Assembly: GCF_009914755.1 (NCBI RefSeq)
Contig: NC_060936.1
Strand: one strand, 5' to 3'
Length of the DNA: 64,000 nucleotides
Origin: the human T2T-CHM13v2.0 reference genome, Homo sapiens
The notes beneath the pieces were generated by a model. It worked only from the letters and a program-made list of their open reading frames with translations. It did no database searches and was not told where the DNA came from. Shown here in pieces: positions 48,061-59,519 of the stretch (within the stretch, counting starts at the first letter, position 1; every line of letters begins with the position of its first letter). Position numbers and translations under genes: made by a program.

Positions 48061-50184
48061 GTGAACTGGGAGGTACCAGGTCAGGAGGGCCCAGGGGCCA
48101 GGGCCATGGCTGGGAGCGGCTCCATTCTGGCGCCCCAGCTCCTCCAGGTCACAGTCCTCGTTCCGTCCCCTCGCCCACTGCTTGCATGACCCTGAGAGGC
48201 ATCTCTGTAGGGCTACTGAGCCCACAGACCCAGCCTGCGTGTTCTGCACACGTGGGTCTCAAGACTAAGAAAGATGGGAGGACACAGAGCTGACCAGCCA
48301 AGTATAAGGACCCTGGTCACGCTGTGCATCTGCAGCCCCTGCCCAACTGTCTGCCTGCCCCGGATGGATTCTGTCCCAGAATCCAAGGGCTGCCTGAACA
48401 GGATGACAGGGTCATGCCCAGGGTCAGAGGCACTGAGGCACCTGGCATCCCGAGTGTAACTGGCAGGACCTGCTGGTGCTGCAGGAGCAGACGAGGGCAG
48501 ATGAGATCCTCATCAGGAACACCTTCCACACTTACCACCAGCAGTGACTCATGCCTGGCATTCTGCTGGCCAATTGCACTGAAGTTTTTCATGGGGAGGA
48601 GCATATTGCAGCTGTGGGAGCTGGGTGTACTAGGCCCCACCATCAAAGGATATGGCTGTATTGGGGTCTCATGTGTGGCCTATGCACTTCTGGTCTAAAA
48701 GCTGGAGTGGGTGGACAGTGGCTACAGGTTGGCAATGAGTGTCTAGTCCTCCTCTAGTCATGCGCCCTATCTACACCTACATCAGTGAGGAGCAGTGGCA
48801 GAAGTATTAGGTTGGTGCAAAAGTAATTGTGCTTTTTGCCATTACTTCTAATGACAAAAACTGCAATTATGTTTGCAGCAACCTATACCTGCCCCCTGCT
48901 GGCCAAGGGGGCGCTCCTGCGCTACTTCAGGCTCATAGAGCCCAACTGCAGGAGTGACCCCGGCAGCATGGAGATCAGAACCTGCCATAACCCCTGGAAT
49001 AAGAGCTGCACCCTCAATGGGACCACCCTGATCCAACGGGACCTGAATCACCACCAGGATCCAGTGAGACCTAGGTCACCACCTCACCTGTGGCCAACCT
49101 GTTTGTAGCGTGGGCTGGAAGATGGCTACCTTCAGGGCTTCCTGTCGGAGAAGGGTATGTGGGGTCTCTTGGCCTCCAAGATTGAGGGCAAGTTCTCCCT
49201 GCGGGCCTCTGCCATGGGCATGATCATCGTGGACAGCGTGGAGGTGGAGGACGTGCTGCTCAGTGCAGGCAGCCTGGAGGGTCCCTTTGGCTGCCTGAAC
49301 AACGCCAGATCTGGTATCATGTGGGGAGTGCTTGGAGCTGCCGAGTTTTGTCTGCTCGTGGCCAGGCAGTACACCCCACACAGGATCCAGTTTGGCATCC
49401 TGTTGGTCAGGCACCAGCTGATTCAGAAGTTGGAGGTCACGCTGGGCCTTCATGCCTGTCTGCAGCACAGCCACTTGAAGAATCAGGGCAAGGCAGCCCC
49501 CGGACAGGTCTCTCTGCTAAAGACGAATAACTATGAAAAAAGCCTGGACATTGCCTGCCAGGCCTGAGACATGCTGGGGGGTACTGGGGTTTCTGATGAC
49601 TATCATATGGTCCGGAACATCAGGAACTCAGAGGCCATGAAAACCTCTGAGGGTACACATGACATGCGCACCCTGATCCTGGAAAGACCTGTCACGGGAA
49701 TCCACAAATTCACGGCTGGCAAGTGAGCCCATCCAGCCAGTGGCCCAAAGCTCTCAAACCCCTTCCCAGAGACAGGCCTGGCTGGACCATGGGAATGCTG
49801 TGTTCTGAGCTTAGGAAGGAAGCTAGCGGATGGAGTGGGAAGTGAGAGACACTGATTTTTAAATATCAGAATTTCCCTTCTGAAGTTGTTCAGATGTGTT
49901 CCTTAAAAAGAAGATGGAATTCTCTGTAGAGTTTCTCAGTCCACTTTTAACAATGGATGAGAACAGACTCCATTTACCTTGAAATAGAAACATCTATTGA
50001 GAGAAGGAGTGTGACATTGAAGCAACTTCCTGGAGACCCCCTTGGTCTCTGCCTGAGCAGACTCCCCTCACATCAAGGGTTCACAGTGCACCCTCCGACC
50101 CTTCCATCCGGGGTTAGTGCCTTATGCTGGACATTGGAGCAGAATAAGGGAGAGGAAAATAAGAAGGCTGCACGTCTGACCCCA
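48061..50184 (+). pseudogene. Semi-processed pseudogene of glutaryl-CoA dehydrogenase (GCDH)
   Basis: ATG at 48186 (MTLRGISVGLLS ~ GCDH MALRGVSVRLLS). Peptides [39 protein letters not shown]-like, EGTHDM; stop TGA at 49724-49726; GCDH-like 3'UTR to ~50184. Coding exons are joined without introns and carry many stops and frameshifts. Confidence 0.95.
48807..48885. mobile_element. MADE1 (Hsmar1-derived MITE)
   Basis: TTAGGTTGGTGCAAAAGTAATTG...CAATTATGTTTGCAGCAACCTA palindrome. TA TSD (48805-48806 and 48886-48887) duplicating the TA of the GCDH AAG-TAC-CTG (KYL) codons. Confidence 0.95.
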
Positions 50185-50197
50185 TAGTGTTGGGTTA

Positions 50198-50375
50198 CAT
50201 TGACTGGTAACCACCTGAGAAGTAGTTTCAGTCACAGGAGAAATGAACACGTCTGGGTGCTCTGAGTCATGGGAACGTGGTAGGGACGGCATTTACTGGT
50301 AACCACCTGAGAAGTAGTTTCAGCCACAGGAGAAATGAACACATCTGAATGCTGTGAGTCACTGGGACATGGTGG
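50198..50375. repeat. 92-bp-period tandem duplication
   Basis: CATT(G/T)ACTGGTAACCACCTGAGAAGTAGTTTCAG(T/C)CACAGGAGAAATGAACAC... starts at 50198 and again at 50290. Confidence 0.92.
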
Positions 50376-50406
50376 TCTAGCCCATGTCTGAGTCTTAGGC
50401 TCTGCT
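50306..50406 (-). pseudogene. SYCE2 penultimate-exon remnant (antisense inside the GCDH retrocopy)
   Basis: Minus strand: tttattacag|CAG AGC CTA AGA CTC AGA (QSLRLR)...PPCPSDSQHSDVFISPVAETTSQ|gtggtt, versus recalled SYCE2 QSLRLRWGPDH...PPRPGNSQPPDVFVSSVAETTSQ. Confidence 0.85.
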
Positions 50407-50773
50407 GTAATAAATAAACCCAAGTTAGCACTGCCCAGGCCCCTGGGGGGCATATACCAGGGATGCAGGGCTCAAGGCTGTAGATGGAGAGGACAGTTTC
50501 TGACCAGCAGGGGTGCAGGGGATTTTGTTCTTTCTGTCACCACACAGCTGATCACGTGATGGTGGGAAATGACAGTGGTCTGGCTTCTCCGCTTGGACAC
50601 ACCATGTTACAGGGGGTCACAAATGAGATGGCAAAAGCACCACGGGCCTTGTGGGGACTGTGGCCTTGTGAGGTCAGGGCTGGCTGCCTGGTTTCTGTTC
50701 ACATTTACTATCAGCTGGGCCATCCCTGCTTCCTCAGGCAGAGCCCCCCATTGAGTTTGCTCAGGCGGGATAC

Positions 50774-50961
50774 CTCAGACCGGATGCACAGGTCTTTGTA
50801 CACAGTCTCCTTCTGTGGCCATCTTGGTTAAGCTCTGTTTCCAAATGGCTGATCTTTGCCACTTTCTGAGTGAACCCCTGGAGCTTTTCCTAGATGATCT
50901 TGATGTTATCATTATAAAGCTGATAGATCCTCTCCTCTAACTGCTCTGTCAGATCCAAAAC
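50774..50961 (-). pseudogene. SYCE2 internal coiled-coil exon remnant (antisense inside the GCDH retrocopy)
   Basis: Manual translation VLDLTEQLEERIYQLYNDNIKII*EKLQGFTQKVAKISHLETELNQDGHR/ETVYKDLCIRSE|gtatcc, versus recalled SYCE2 VSDLTEKLEERIYQIYNDHNKIIQEKLQEFTQKMAKISHLETELKQVCHSVETVYKDLCLQPE. One stop, a 1-nt deletion, and acceptor AG changed to AA. Confidence 0.9.
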
Positions 50962-51184
50962 TTTTCAAAGAATAAGACACATTCTTGGAAAATCAGACAA
51001 GATGTATCACCAGCCATTTATTCTAAGTGGATCTCAAATTTCTGCAATTTATCTTATATAATGCTAAAACAAACAACCCCCCCACGCCATCCCACCACCC
51101 CCCCACACACACAAAACAAAACAAAAAAAAACCAGTGCAGTCACTGCGGAGCTAAATTTTTTAAGAGGTGAAAACATATAAAGT

Positions 51185-51505
51185 CAGTTGCCACATAGTG
51201 ATGTTTTGGTCAATATCGGGTTGTATATGCAATGATGGTCCTGTAAGATTATAATATCTTATCATAATTTTACTGTACGTTTTCTTTGTTTAGATATGTT
51301 TGAATACACAAATACTTACCATGGTGTTACAATTGCCTATAGTATTCAGTATAGTAACATGTTGTGCAGGTTTGTAGCCTAGGAGCAATAGGCTATACCA
51401 TCTAGGTTTGTGTAAGTACAATCTATGATGTTCAGACAATGATAAAGTTGCTTAACTTCGCATTTCTCAGTAATGTTCCAATTGTAAAGTGATGCATGAT
51501 TTTAT
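51185..51505 (+). mobile_element. Tigger3a/MER7-like (TcMar-Tigger) MITE
   Basis: cacatagtgatgttttggtcaat...gatggtcctgtaagattataat...gtttgtagcctaggagcaataggctatacca...tgatgcatga matches recalled Tigger3 derivatives. Confidence 0.8.
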
Positions 51506-51603
51506 ACAGTATAAATTCAACTAGGTTAGAAAGAAAGTACATAAAACAGGGGCTAGAAGAGGCATGCAACAAAGTGGTCTCTGGGTGATGTATCAAATAC
51601 ATG

Positions 51604-52497
51604 TTTATATATATATTTATATATTATATATATATATTTATATATTATATATATATATTTATATATTATATATTAAATATATATTTATATATTATATATA
51701 TATATTTATATATTATATATATATTATATTTATATTTTATATATTATATATATATTATATTTATATATAATATATTATATATATATTATATTTATATATA
51801 ATATATAAATATAATATATTTATATATTATATATAAATATATTATATTTATATATTATATATAAATATATTATATTTATATATTATATATAAATATATTA
51901 TATTTATATATTATATATAAATATAATATATATATAATATATAAAATATAAATATAATATATATATAATATATAAATATATATATAATATATAAATATAT
52001 ATTTATATATTATATATAAATATATTATATTTATATATTATATATAAATATATTATATTTATATATTATATATAAATATATTATATTTATATATTATATA
52101 TAAATATATTATATTTATATATATATTATATTTATATATTATATATAAATATATATATTATATTTATATATATTATATTTATATATATAATATATTTATA
52201 TATTATATATAAAATATATATATTATATAAATATAATATATATATTATATATATAATATATATTTTATATATAATATATATATTTATATAAAATATATAT
52301 ATTTAATATAAATATATATTTATATATAATATATATTATATATATAATATAAATATATATATATAATATATATTTATATTATATATATAATATATAATAT
52401 ATATTTATATTATATATATAATATATAAATATATAATATATATATATTATATATTATATATAAATATATAATATATATATTATATATTTTTTTTTAA
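51604..52497. repeat. 894-bp interrupted (TA)n / AT-only minisatellite
   Basis: No G or C between 51603 and 52498. Internal 28-bp unit TATATATTATATATAAATATATTATATT from 51821. Confidence 0.97.
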
Positions 52498-52592
52498 CTG
52501 CGTTATGCATTTCTCTACTTTCTAAATTTTCTATGCTGTACCAGGGTATGTACCAATAGGGATTGGGCAGGGGGGCATAAAAGTGGAAAATA

Positions 52593-52888
52593 GGTTGGGC
52601 ACAGTGGGCCACCCCTGTAATCTTAGCACTCTGGGAGGCCAAGGCAGGAGGATGGCTTGAGGCTAGGATTTCAAGACCAGCCCGGGTAACATAGTGATAC
52701 CCCATCTTCAAAAAAAAAAAAATTGTTTTTTATTTGTGGGGTGTGGCGGCACACACCTGTAGTTCCAAGCTACTTAGGAGGCTGAGGTGGGAGCATCTCT
52801 TGAGCCCAGGAGTTTGAGGCTGCAGTGAGCTATAATTGCACTACTGCACCTAGCCTAGGGAACACAGTAAGACCTTGTCTCCAAAAAA
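52593..52888 (+). mobile_element. AluJ
   Basis: ggaggatggcttgaggctagg and gagcccaggagtttgaggctgcagtgagctataattg are AluJ diagnostics. Confidence 0.9.
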
Positions 52889-53924
52889 CTGGTGGGGTGG
52901 GGGCGGGTAATAAAGTCAACCTTTCATTGACACACGTGGAATTAGCAAGCTGTTCCATTCATGAGATCCATTATATTTGAAGAGGCATCAGGCATAACCA
53001 TTAATTTAGGACCTGAACATAGCATCAGGCATTGCAAGACATAAGCTCCTGGCATGTTGAAGAACCCCAGCTCTCCCATCAGAGAATATTTGATGACTTC
53101 TGGAGGACGTGGATGTGACAATGCAAGCTGTGCCTCAACCCCGACTACCGTAGCTATTCATCCCTGTGTGAAGTGAGAGGGCTGGGCATTGGATGCAGGG
53201 GAATCTGGGCCCTCAGCCTGGCTCTCTAACTTGGGCAAATCATTCATTTCCAAATGTTATCCATACAATGAGTCCAATATCTTATTTTCAGGATTATTGT
53301 AAGGGTGAATTAAGATACAGGTGGTCCCCAACTTACTATGATTTGATGTATAATTTTTCAACTTTATAATGAGTTTACTGGGGTATAAAGTACATTTTCA
53401 ACTTATGAAACAAAAAAGGTTAAAACATTTAAAGGTTGTGAAAGTGTGAAAACAAGAAAAAGAATAGAAGGTGGCCATACGATCAGCAAAATTTAATAAA
53501 TTGTGTGAGTGGAAGGATTATTTTCCTGCCAAACAAACATGAGATCCATAGAGAAATTATTTCCCAGGAGCTTTATAAGATTTTGAGTTTGTCTTAGCAA
53601 CATTTAAGTCATTGGAGGTATCATTTTCATGGTATGCTTCCAAATTTAACATTTAAATAGGAAAAAAAGTCCCAAGCCAAATTTGAATACCCATAACCAA
53701 TAACTAGAAATGCAATTCAGTCAATATATGACTGACGGTGTTGTAATTGTTCATACTATGGCTAAGAAGAAATGTTACCCCTCTCTGAAATGTCCCCATT
53801 TCCCCATCTAGATGTAATCTATCCTAGCACCATTTATTTATTTATTATTTGTTATTTATTTATTTGCTGGAAATTACAGTTACTTATAAATATGTGTGTC
53901 CTACTCTACAAGTTCCTTTGTGCA

Positions 53925-54345
53925 ACATAGTATAGGATGGCCAATAACCTAAGCAAAGGAGACAGAAACACTTGGTTTCAAGTCCTGGCTCAGCCACTTG
54001 CCAACTGTGACCTTGTGCAAATTATTTGATCTTTCTAAATGTCAATTTCCTCATCTGTAAAAAGGTGGCAATCATGTAAGAACTAATAATGATAGCTAAT
54101 ATTTATAAATGCTTATAAGCCAGGTAGGTACTAAGTATTTGAAGTACTTTATATGTAAAAAATTTGCTAACTCTCGCAAGAACTCTTTGAGGTAGCTATT
54201 ATTTTCTCTCTTTTATACAAGAGGCAAACTGAGGCATAAGGATGTTAAGTACCTTGCTCAAGGTGTGCAGCTAATAGGTGACGGAGGTGGTGTTCAAACC
54301 CAGTCCACCTGATGCCAAAATGAAATAATGCTTGTAAAGTGTTCA
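53925..54345. mobile_element. MIR fragments (both orientations)
   Basis: ggtttcaagtcctggctcagccacttgccaactgtgacctt...tttcctcatctgtaaaa, then the inverse core aaactgaggcataag...cttgctcaagg. Confidence 0.6.
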
Positions 54346-54944
54346 GTATAGCAGCTTTATGAGTAGTCATCTTTTCACACCAGGGTTTCCTCATACCCCT
54401 ACTCATTTGTGCCATTCAGCAGGTATTGAACCTAACCTTATGCTTCAATGATGCAATATTTGTTACTGAAGAATCAGGAAAAAATACAAGAATGTCTCCC
54501 TCCTTCTGCATTCATCACTACCCAATTGAGAGCCTCAAGGAAGAATCATTTTCTGGAAGTCCTCAAAACCTGCCATTTTCAAAGGAAAAAATAAATCTCA
54601 GCCCCTGAGCCAAGCGTAAGCACCTACAGACAGCCTCGGAAATGCAATTTAAACAACATCCAAAAAAAGCTTCCTCGGGTAAAATACAGATGATACTGCC
54701 AAAGGAAAGAAAATGGTAAATTGAAGCAAGTTTTTAAGCTTAAATTAATTTAACATCGATTCCAAGGAGAGCAGGTACTAGATACTGCACATGGTTATGC
54801 TGACCTTAGACCAACTCTCATTTTATTCTGAATTCCCGTTTTGAGCACTGCAAACTAACTAGCTTTCAGAGGTCACTCCTGCATGGCTATTTGTATATCT
54901 TCTGGCCAAAACACATGGAAATTGTTATTACATGCATGGGAAGT

Positions 54945-55745
54945 AAAGAGAAAATCTGCTTAACATCACAAATGATCAGGGAAATGCAAATCAAAACCAC
55001 AATGTGATGCAACTTTACTCCTGCAAGAATGGCCATAATCAAAAAAATCAAAAAATAATAGATGTTGGCAGGGATGCGGTGAAAAGGGAACACTTCTACA
55101 CTGCTGGTGGGAATGTAACTAGTACAACTGCTGTAGAAAACAGTGTGGAGATTCCTTAAAGAACGAAAAGTAAAAGCACCATTTGATCCAGCAATCCCAC
55201 TACTGGGTATCTACCCAGAGGAAAAGAAGTCATCACATAGAAAAGATATTTGCACGTGCAGGTTTATAGCAGCACAATTTGCAATTGCAAAAATGTGGAG
55301 CCAGCCCAAATGTCCATTAATCAATGAGTGGATAAAGAAATTGTGGTGCGTATATATACATTGGAATACTACTCAGCCATAAAAAGGAACAAATTAATGG
55401 TGTTTACAGCAACCTGGATGGAACTGGAGACTATTATTCTAAGTGAAGTAACTCAGGAATAGAAAACCAAACATCAAACATTCTCACTCATAGTTGGGAG
55501 CTAAGCTATGATAGGATACAAAGGCATAAGAATGATACAATGGACTTTGGGGATTTGGGGGTAAGTGTGGGAAGGAGTGAGGGATAAAAGACTACAAATT
55601 GGGTTCAGTGTATACTGCTTGGGTGATGGGCACACCAAAATCTCACAAATCACCACTAAAGAACTTACTCATGTAACCAAATACAACCTGTTCCCCAAAA
55701 ACCTATAGAAATAAAAAATTATAAAACAAAAGTAAAAAAAATAAA
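54945..55745 (+). mobile_element. L1PB-like 3' fragment
   Basis: ORF2 C-terminus (WRFLKE...[13 protein letters not shown]) and L1PB 3'UTR (caccaaaatctcacaaatcaccactaaagaactta). Confidence 0.88.
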
Positions 55746-57399
55746 GAAGATGAAAAAAGTTTCTAAATCCTCTTTCAGACTTGGACTTTTAGACATTCTG
55801 AAACCAGGGAATTCTGCCACGGAGATATAAGTTCTTTAAATTCCCTAAAACAATCATTTCATTTTGAACTCAGTGATAAAATTACAGAATCACATTATCA
55901 CACTGGGCTCTTTTCCTTTGTGCTGTGGGTTAGAGAGAGGCCAGATCATAGATATTTGAGAATATGAAACTTCAATGGGAAATCGATGATCTTATATCTT
56001 ACCCCTTCTTTAATGGCTGCAATTTTGTTCTTCACCCATCCTTAATCCCAGCTGCACAGGCTACAATCCTCTTTTTAATCCTGACCATGCACATCAGGTC
56101 CAGCCCCATCATCTACTAAGAGACTGCACTTTGACAAGTGTTCCCAAACTAGTCAGTGGGAGACATTGTGTGGCCATATTGGCAAGTTGTGGGAGGCTCC
56201 CATTCCAGCCTCTTCTCATGAAGCCAGTGGACAGGGTTGACCATTCTAACTCTCAAGAGGTATGCAGGTGAGGTTCTGACTTTTTAAAACCTCCAAGAAA
56301 AAATGGAGGAGAAGATGGGATGCTTTGGAGAAAAGGAGAGAATTTCACTTACCCAAGATGCTGGTCTTTCCAAACTCACCAAGTTGTATACATTACATAC
56401 ACACAGCTTTATGTATGTAATAATACATCAATAAAGTGATTAAAAAATGCTAGTCTTATGATTTTATATTGGATTCCAGTGGTATTTGGAAAGTCCAAAT
56501 AAAAGAGAACAAAAACAAATCATATATTTTTTATATATTTGATAAAATTGTTTATATTTAATATAACTTATATAGTATACATTTATATAATTTATAATAT
56601 AATTACAGCATAAAATACATGTTATATATAATGCATGCATATGTATACCATGTGTCTATTCATATGAAATTGAGGTATAAAAAATGTTCTTGTACTATAA
56701 AAACACTCTAATCTTCTCTTGGGGTATAAGGTATTCCAAAGTGGCCTATTCCACTGCTCAACTCCCCTTTTACCGCTCTTCCTCCTAACCTCTAACTCTA
56801 TGTTCTCTAGAAGCATAGATAAATGCATCCAATTACTCAAAAGAGCCTCTGGCTTGTTAGTGCATCTTGAAAAAATAAAGTAGAAGCAGGCCCAGGTGGA
56901 GACACACTCACTCACCTCCAAGTTGACTAATAATAGCACATCCCTGATACAATAGTGATTTGATACCTCTTCAAACTGCTATTCTTTAAATATTTAAAAT
57001 TTTCACACTTACTTAAATTTATATGAAATCCCTAAATATATAAACGTAATTTTGACTTTTTTCTTTTTGGAAGTGTTAGGCATGGTAAGAAAAGGACACA
57101 ATCAGGGCAGCCCTATCTTCACTCCTATGTATTGGAGAGCTACACTTTAGTTGACTAAAACAGAAGCCCTGAAGGTAATCTAATCCACTCTCCCTAGAAG
57201 GCAGTTGGGGAAATAAGAAAGCTAATATTTGAGGTTGCTCCTTGGGAGTCTTGGTCCTTTCCTAAATAGAGTAGGCATATTTTTATTCCTATCACTGTCC
57301 TACTCTCCTGAGAAGTCCCGGTAAATTAAATTCTCACCTTCTCATTACATTTCCAGTGATATCTTGGTTCCCTTTAAGGAAATATAGAAAATGGTCTAT

Positions 57400-57815
57400 G
57401 TGCACAGAAAGACAACTATTGCATGTTCTCACTCATATGTGGGAGCTAAAAAATCATTAATTCCATGGAGGTGGACAGTAGAATGATAGTTACCAGAGGC
57501 TGTGAAGGGTGTGTGGGTGGGTGGGGTGTTGAAATAAAGGCAGATTGGTTAATGGGTACAAACATACAGTTAGACAGAAGGAATAAGTTCTCTTGTTGGA
57601 AAGCAGAGGAGGATGACTATTGTTAGTTACAATGTATTATTTCAAAATAGCTAGAAGAGAGGATTGAAATGTTTCTGACACATAGAAATGATATCTACTC
57701 AATGTGATAGATACCCTAAGTAGCCTGATTAATCATTCACATTCTATGCATGTAATAAGATATCACATATACCTCATAAAATGGGCAGAAATTGTATATC
57801 AATTTTTTCTCAAGA
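57400..57815 (+). mobile_element. L1MA 3'UTR fragment
   Basis: gcatgttctcactcatatgtgggagctaaaaa...agtagaatgatagttaccagaggctg...ttcaaaatagctagaagagagga. Confidence 0.8.
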
Positions 57816-57920
57816 AAAAGAACATGACCCATATGGTGTGCCCTTCAATGAGACTTTGAGAACTCGTAAGGATTGCTGTTGTGGTGGTTAGGGGAGAAGT
57901 TGATCCTTAAGAAGAGAGTA

Positions 57921-58726
<806 letters not shown>

Positions 58727-59141
58727 AACCAAACTTTATGATCAGCCTTCCCCTCAACCAAAAAAAGAAAAAGCTTTCACTCTCAGATTAGAAAATGGGG
58801 TCTTTCTCTGAGTATAAGTTATAATCCATCTCTGGACCTGCAGGACTCTAACTGGGGAAAAAAAGTTAAGACTGAGAATCAGGCCCCACTTGAACTAGAT
58901 TTATTTAACAGAAAAAGCATTCAATCCTTCAACAAGTGTTTATTGAACAACAAATACATGCTGGACAAATGAATGTGCCAGGCACTAGGACACAGCCATT
59001 AATAAGAGCCAGTGTCTGCCTTCTGGTGCATGCATTTCAGTGAGGAAAACTAAAAAAAAAAACAAGTATATGCTATGCTTTGTGATAACAAGTGTTTTGG
59101 AGAAAAATAAAAAGGATAAAGGGAATAGAGAGAAAGGATGG

Positions 59142-59519
59142 TGTATTAATCCATTCTCATGTTGTGAATAAAGACAAAACCGAGACTAGGTAATTTATAA
59201 AGGAAAGAGGTTTAACTGACTCATAGTTCAGCTTAGCTGGGGAGGCCTCAGGATACTTAACAATCACGGCAGAAAAGCAAGTAAATATGTCCTTCTTCAC
59301 ATGGCTGCAGGAAGGAGAAGAATGAGAGCCCAGTGAAGGGGGAAGCCCCTTATAAAACCATCAGATCTCATGAGAACTCACTCACTATCACAAGAACAGG
59401 ATGGGGGAAACCGCCCTTATGATTTAATTATCTCTACCTGGTCCTTCCCACAACATGTGGGGATTATGGGAACTACAATTCAAGATGAGATTTGGATGGG
59501 ACACAGCCAAACCATATCA
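59142..59519 (-). mobile_element. THE1 (THE1C-like) solo LTR, inserted in an L2 fragment
   Basis: TGTATTAATCCATTCTCA...ACACAGCCAAACCATATCA, 378 bp, perfect TSD GATGG. Confidence 0.92.

Noticed and set aside
49157-49567. 136-aa GCDH-like ORF as a functional retrogene
   Set aside because: Fragment only. It has a 6-codon deletion (KKLADMLTEIT to KLEVT), a CGA>TGA stop, and upstream frameshifts plus the MADE1 insertion.
48045-51180. TSD for the GCDH retrocopy (GATTAAAATATTT versus GGTGAAAACATAT)
   Set aside because: Only about 9/13 identical in AT-rich DNA, so the 3' boundary remains approximate.
51564-51801. I/Y-rich ORFs
   Set aside because: Translation artefacts of the AT repeat.
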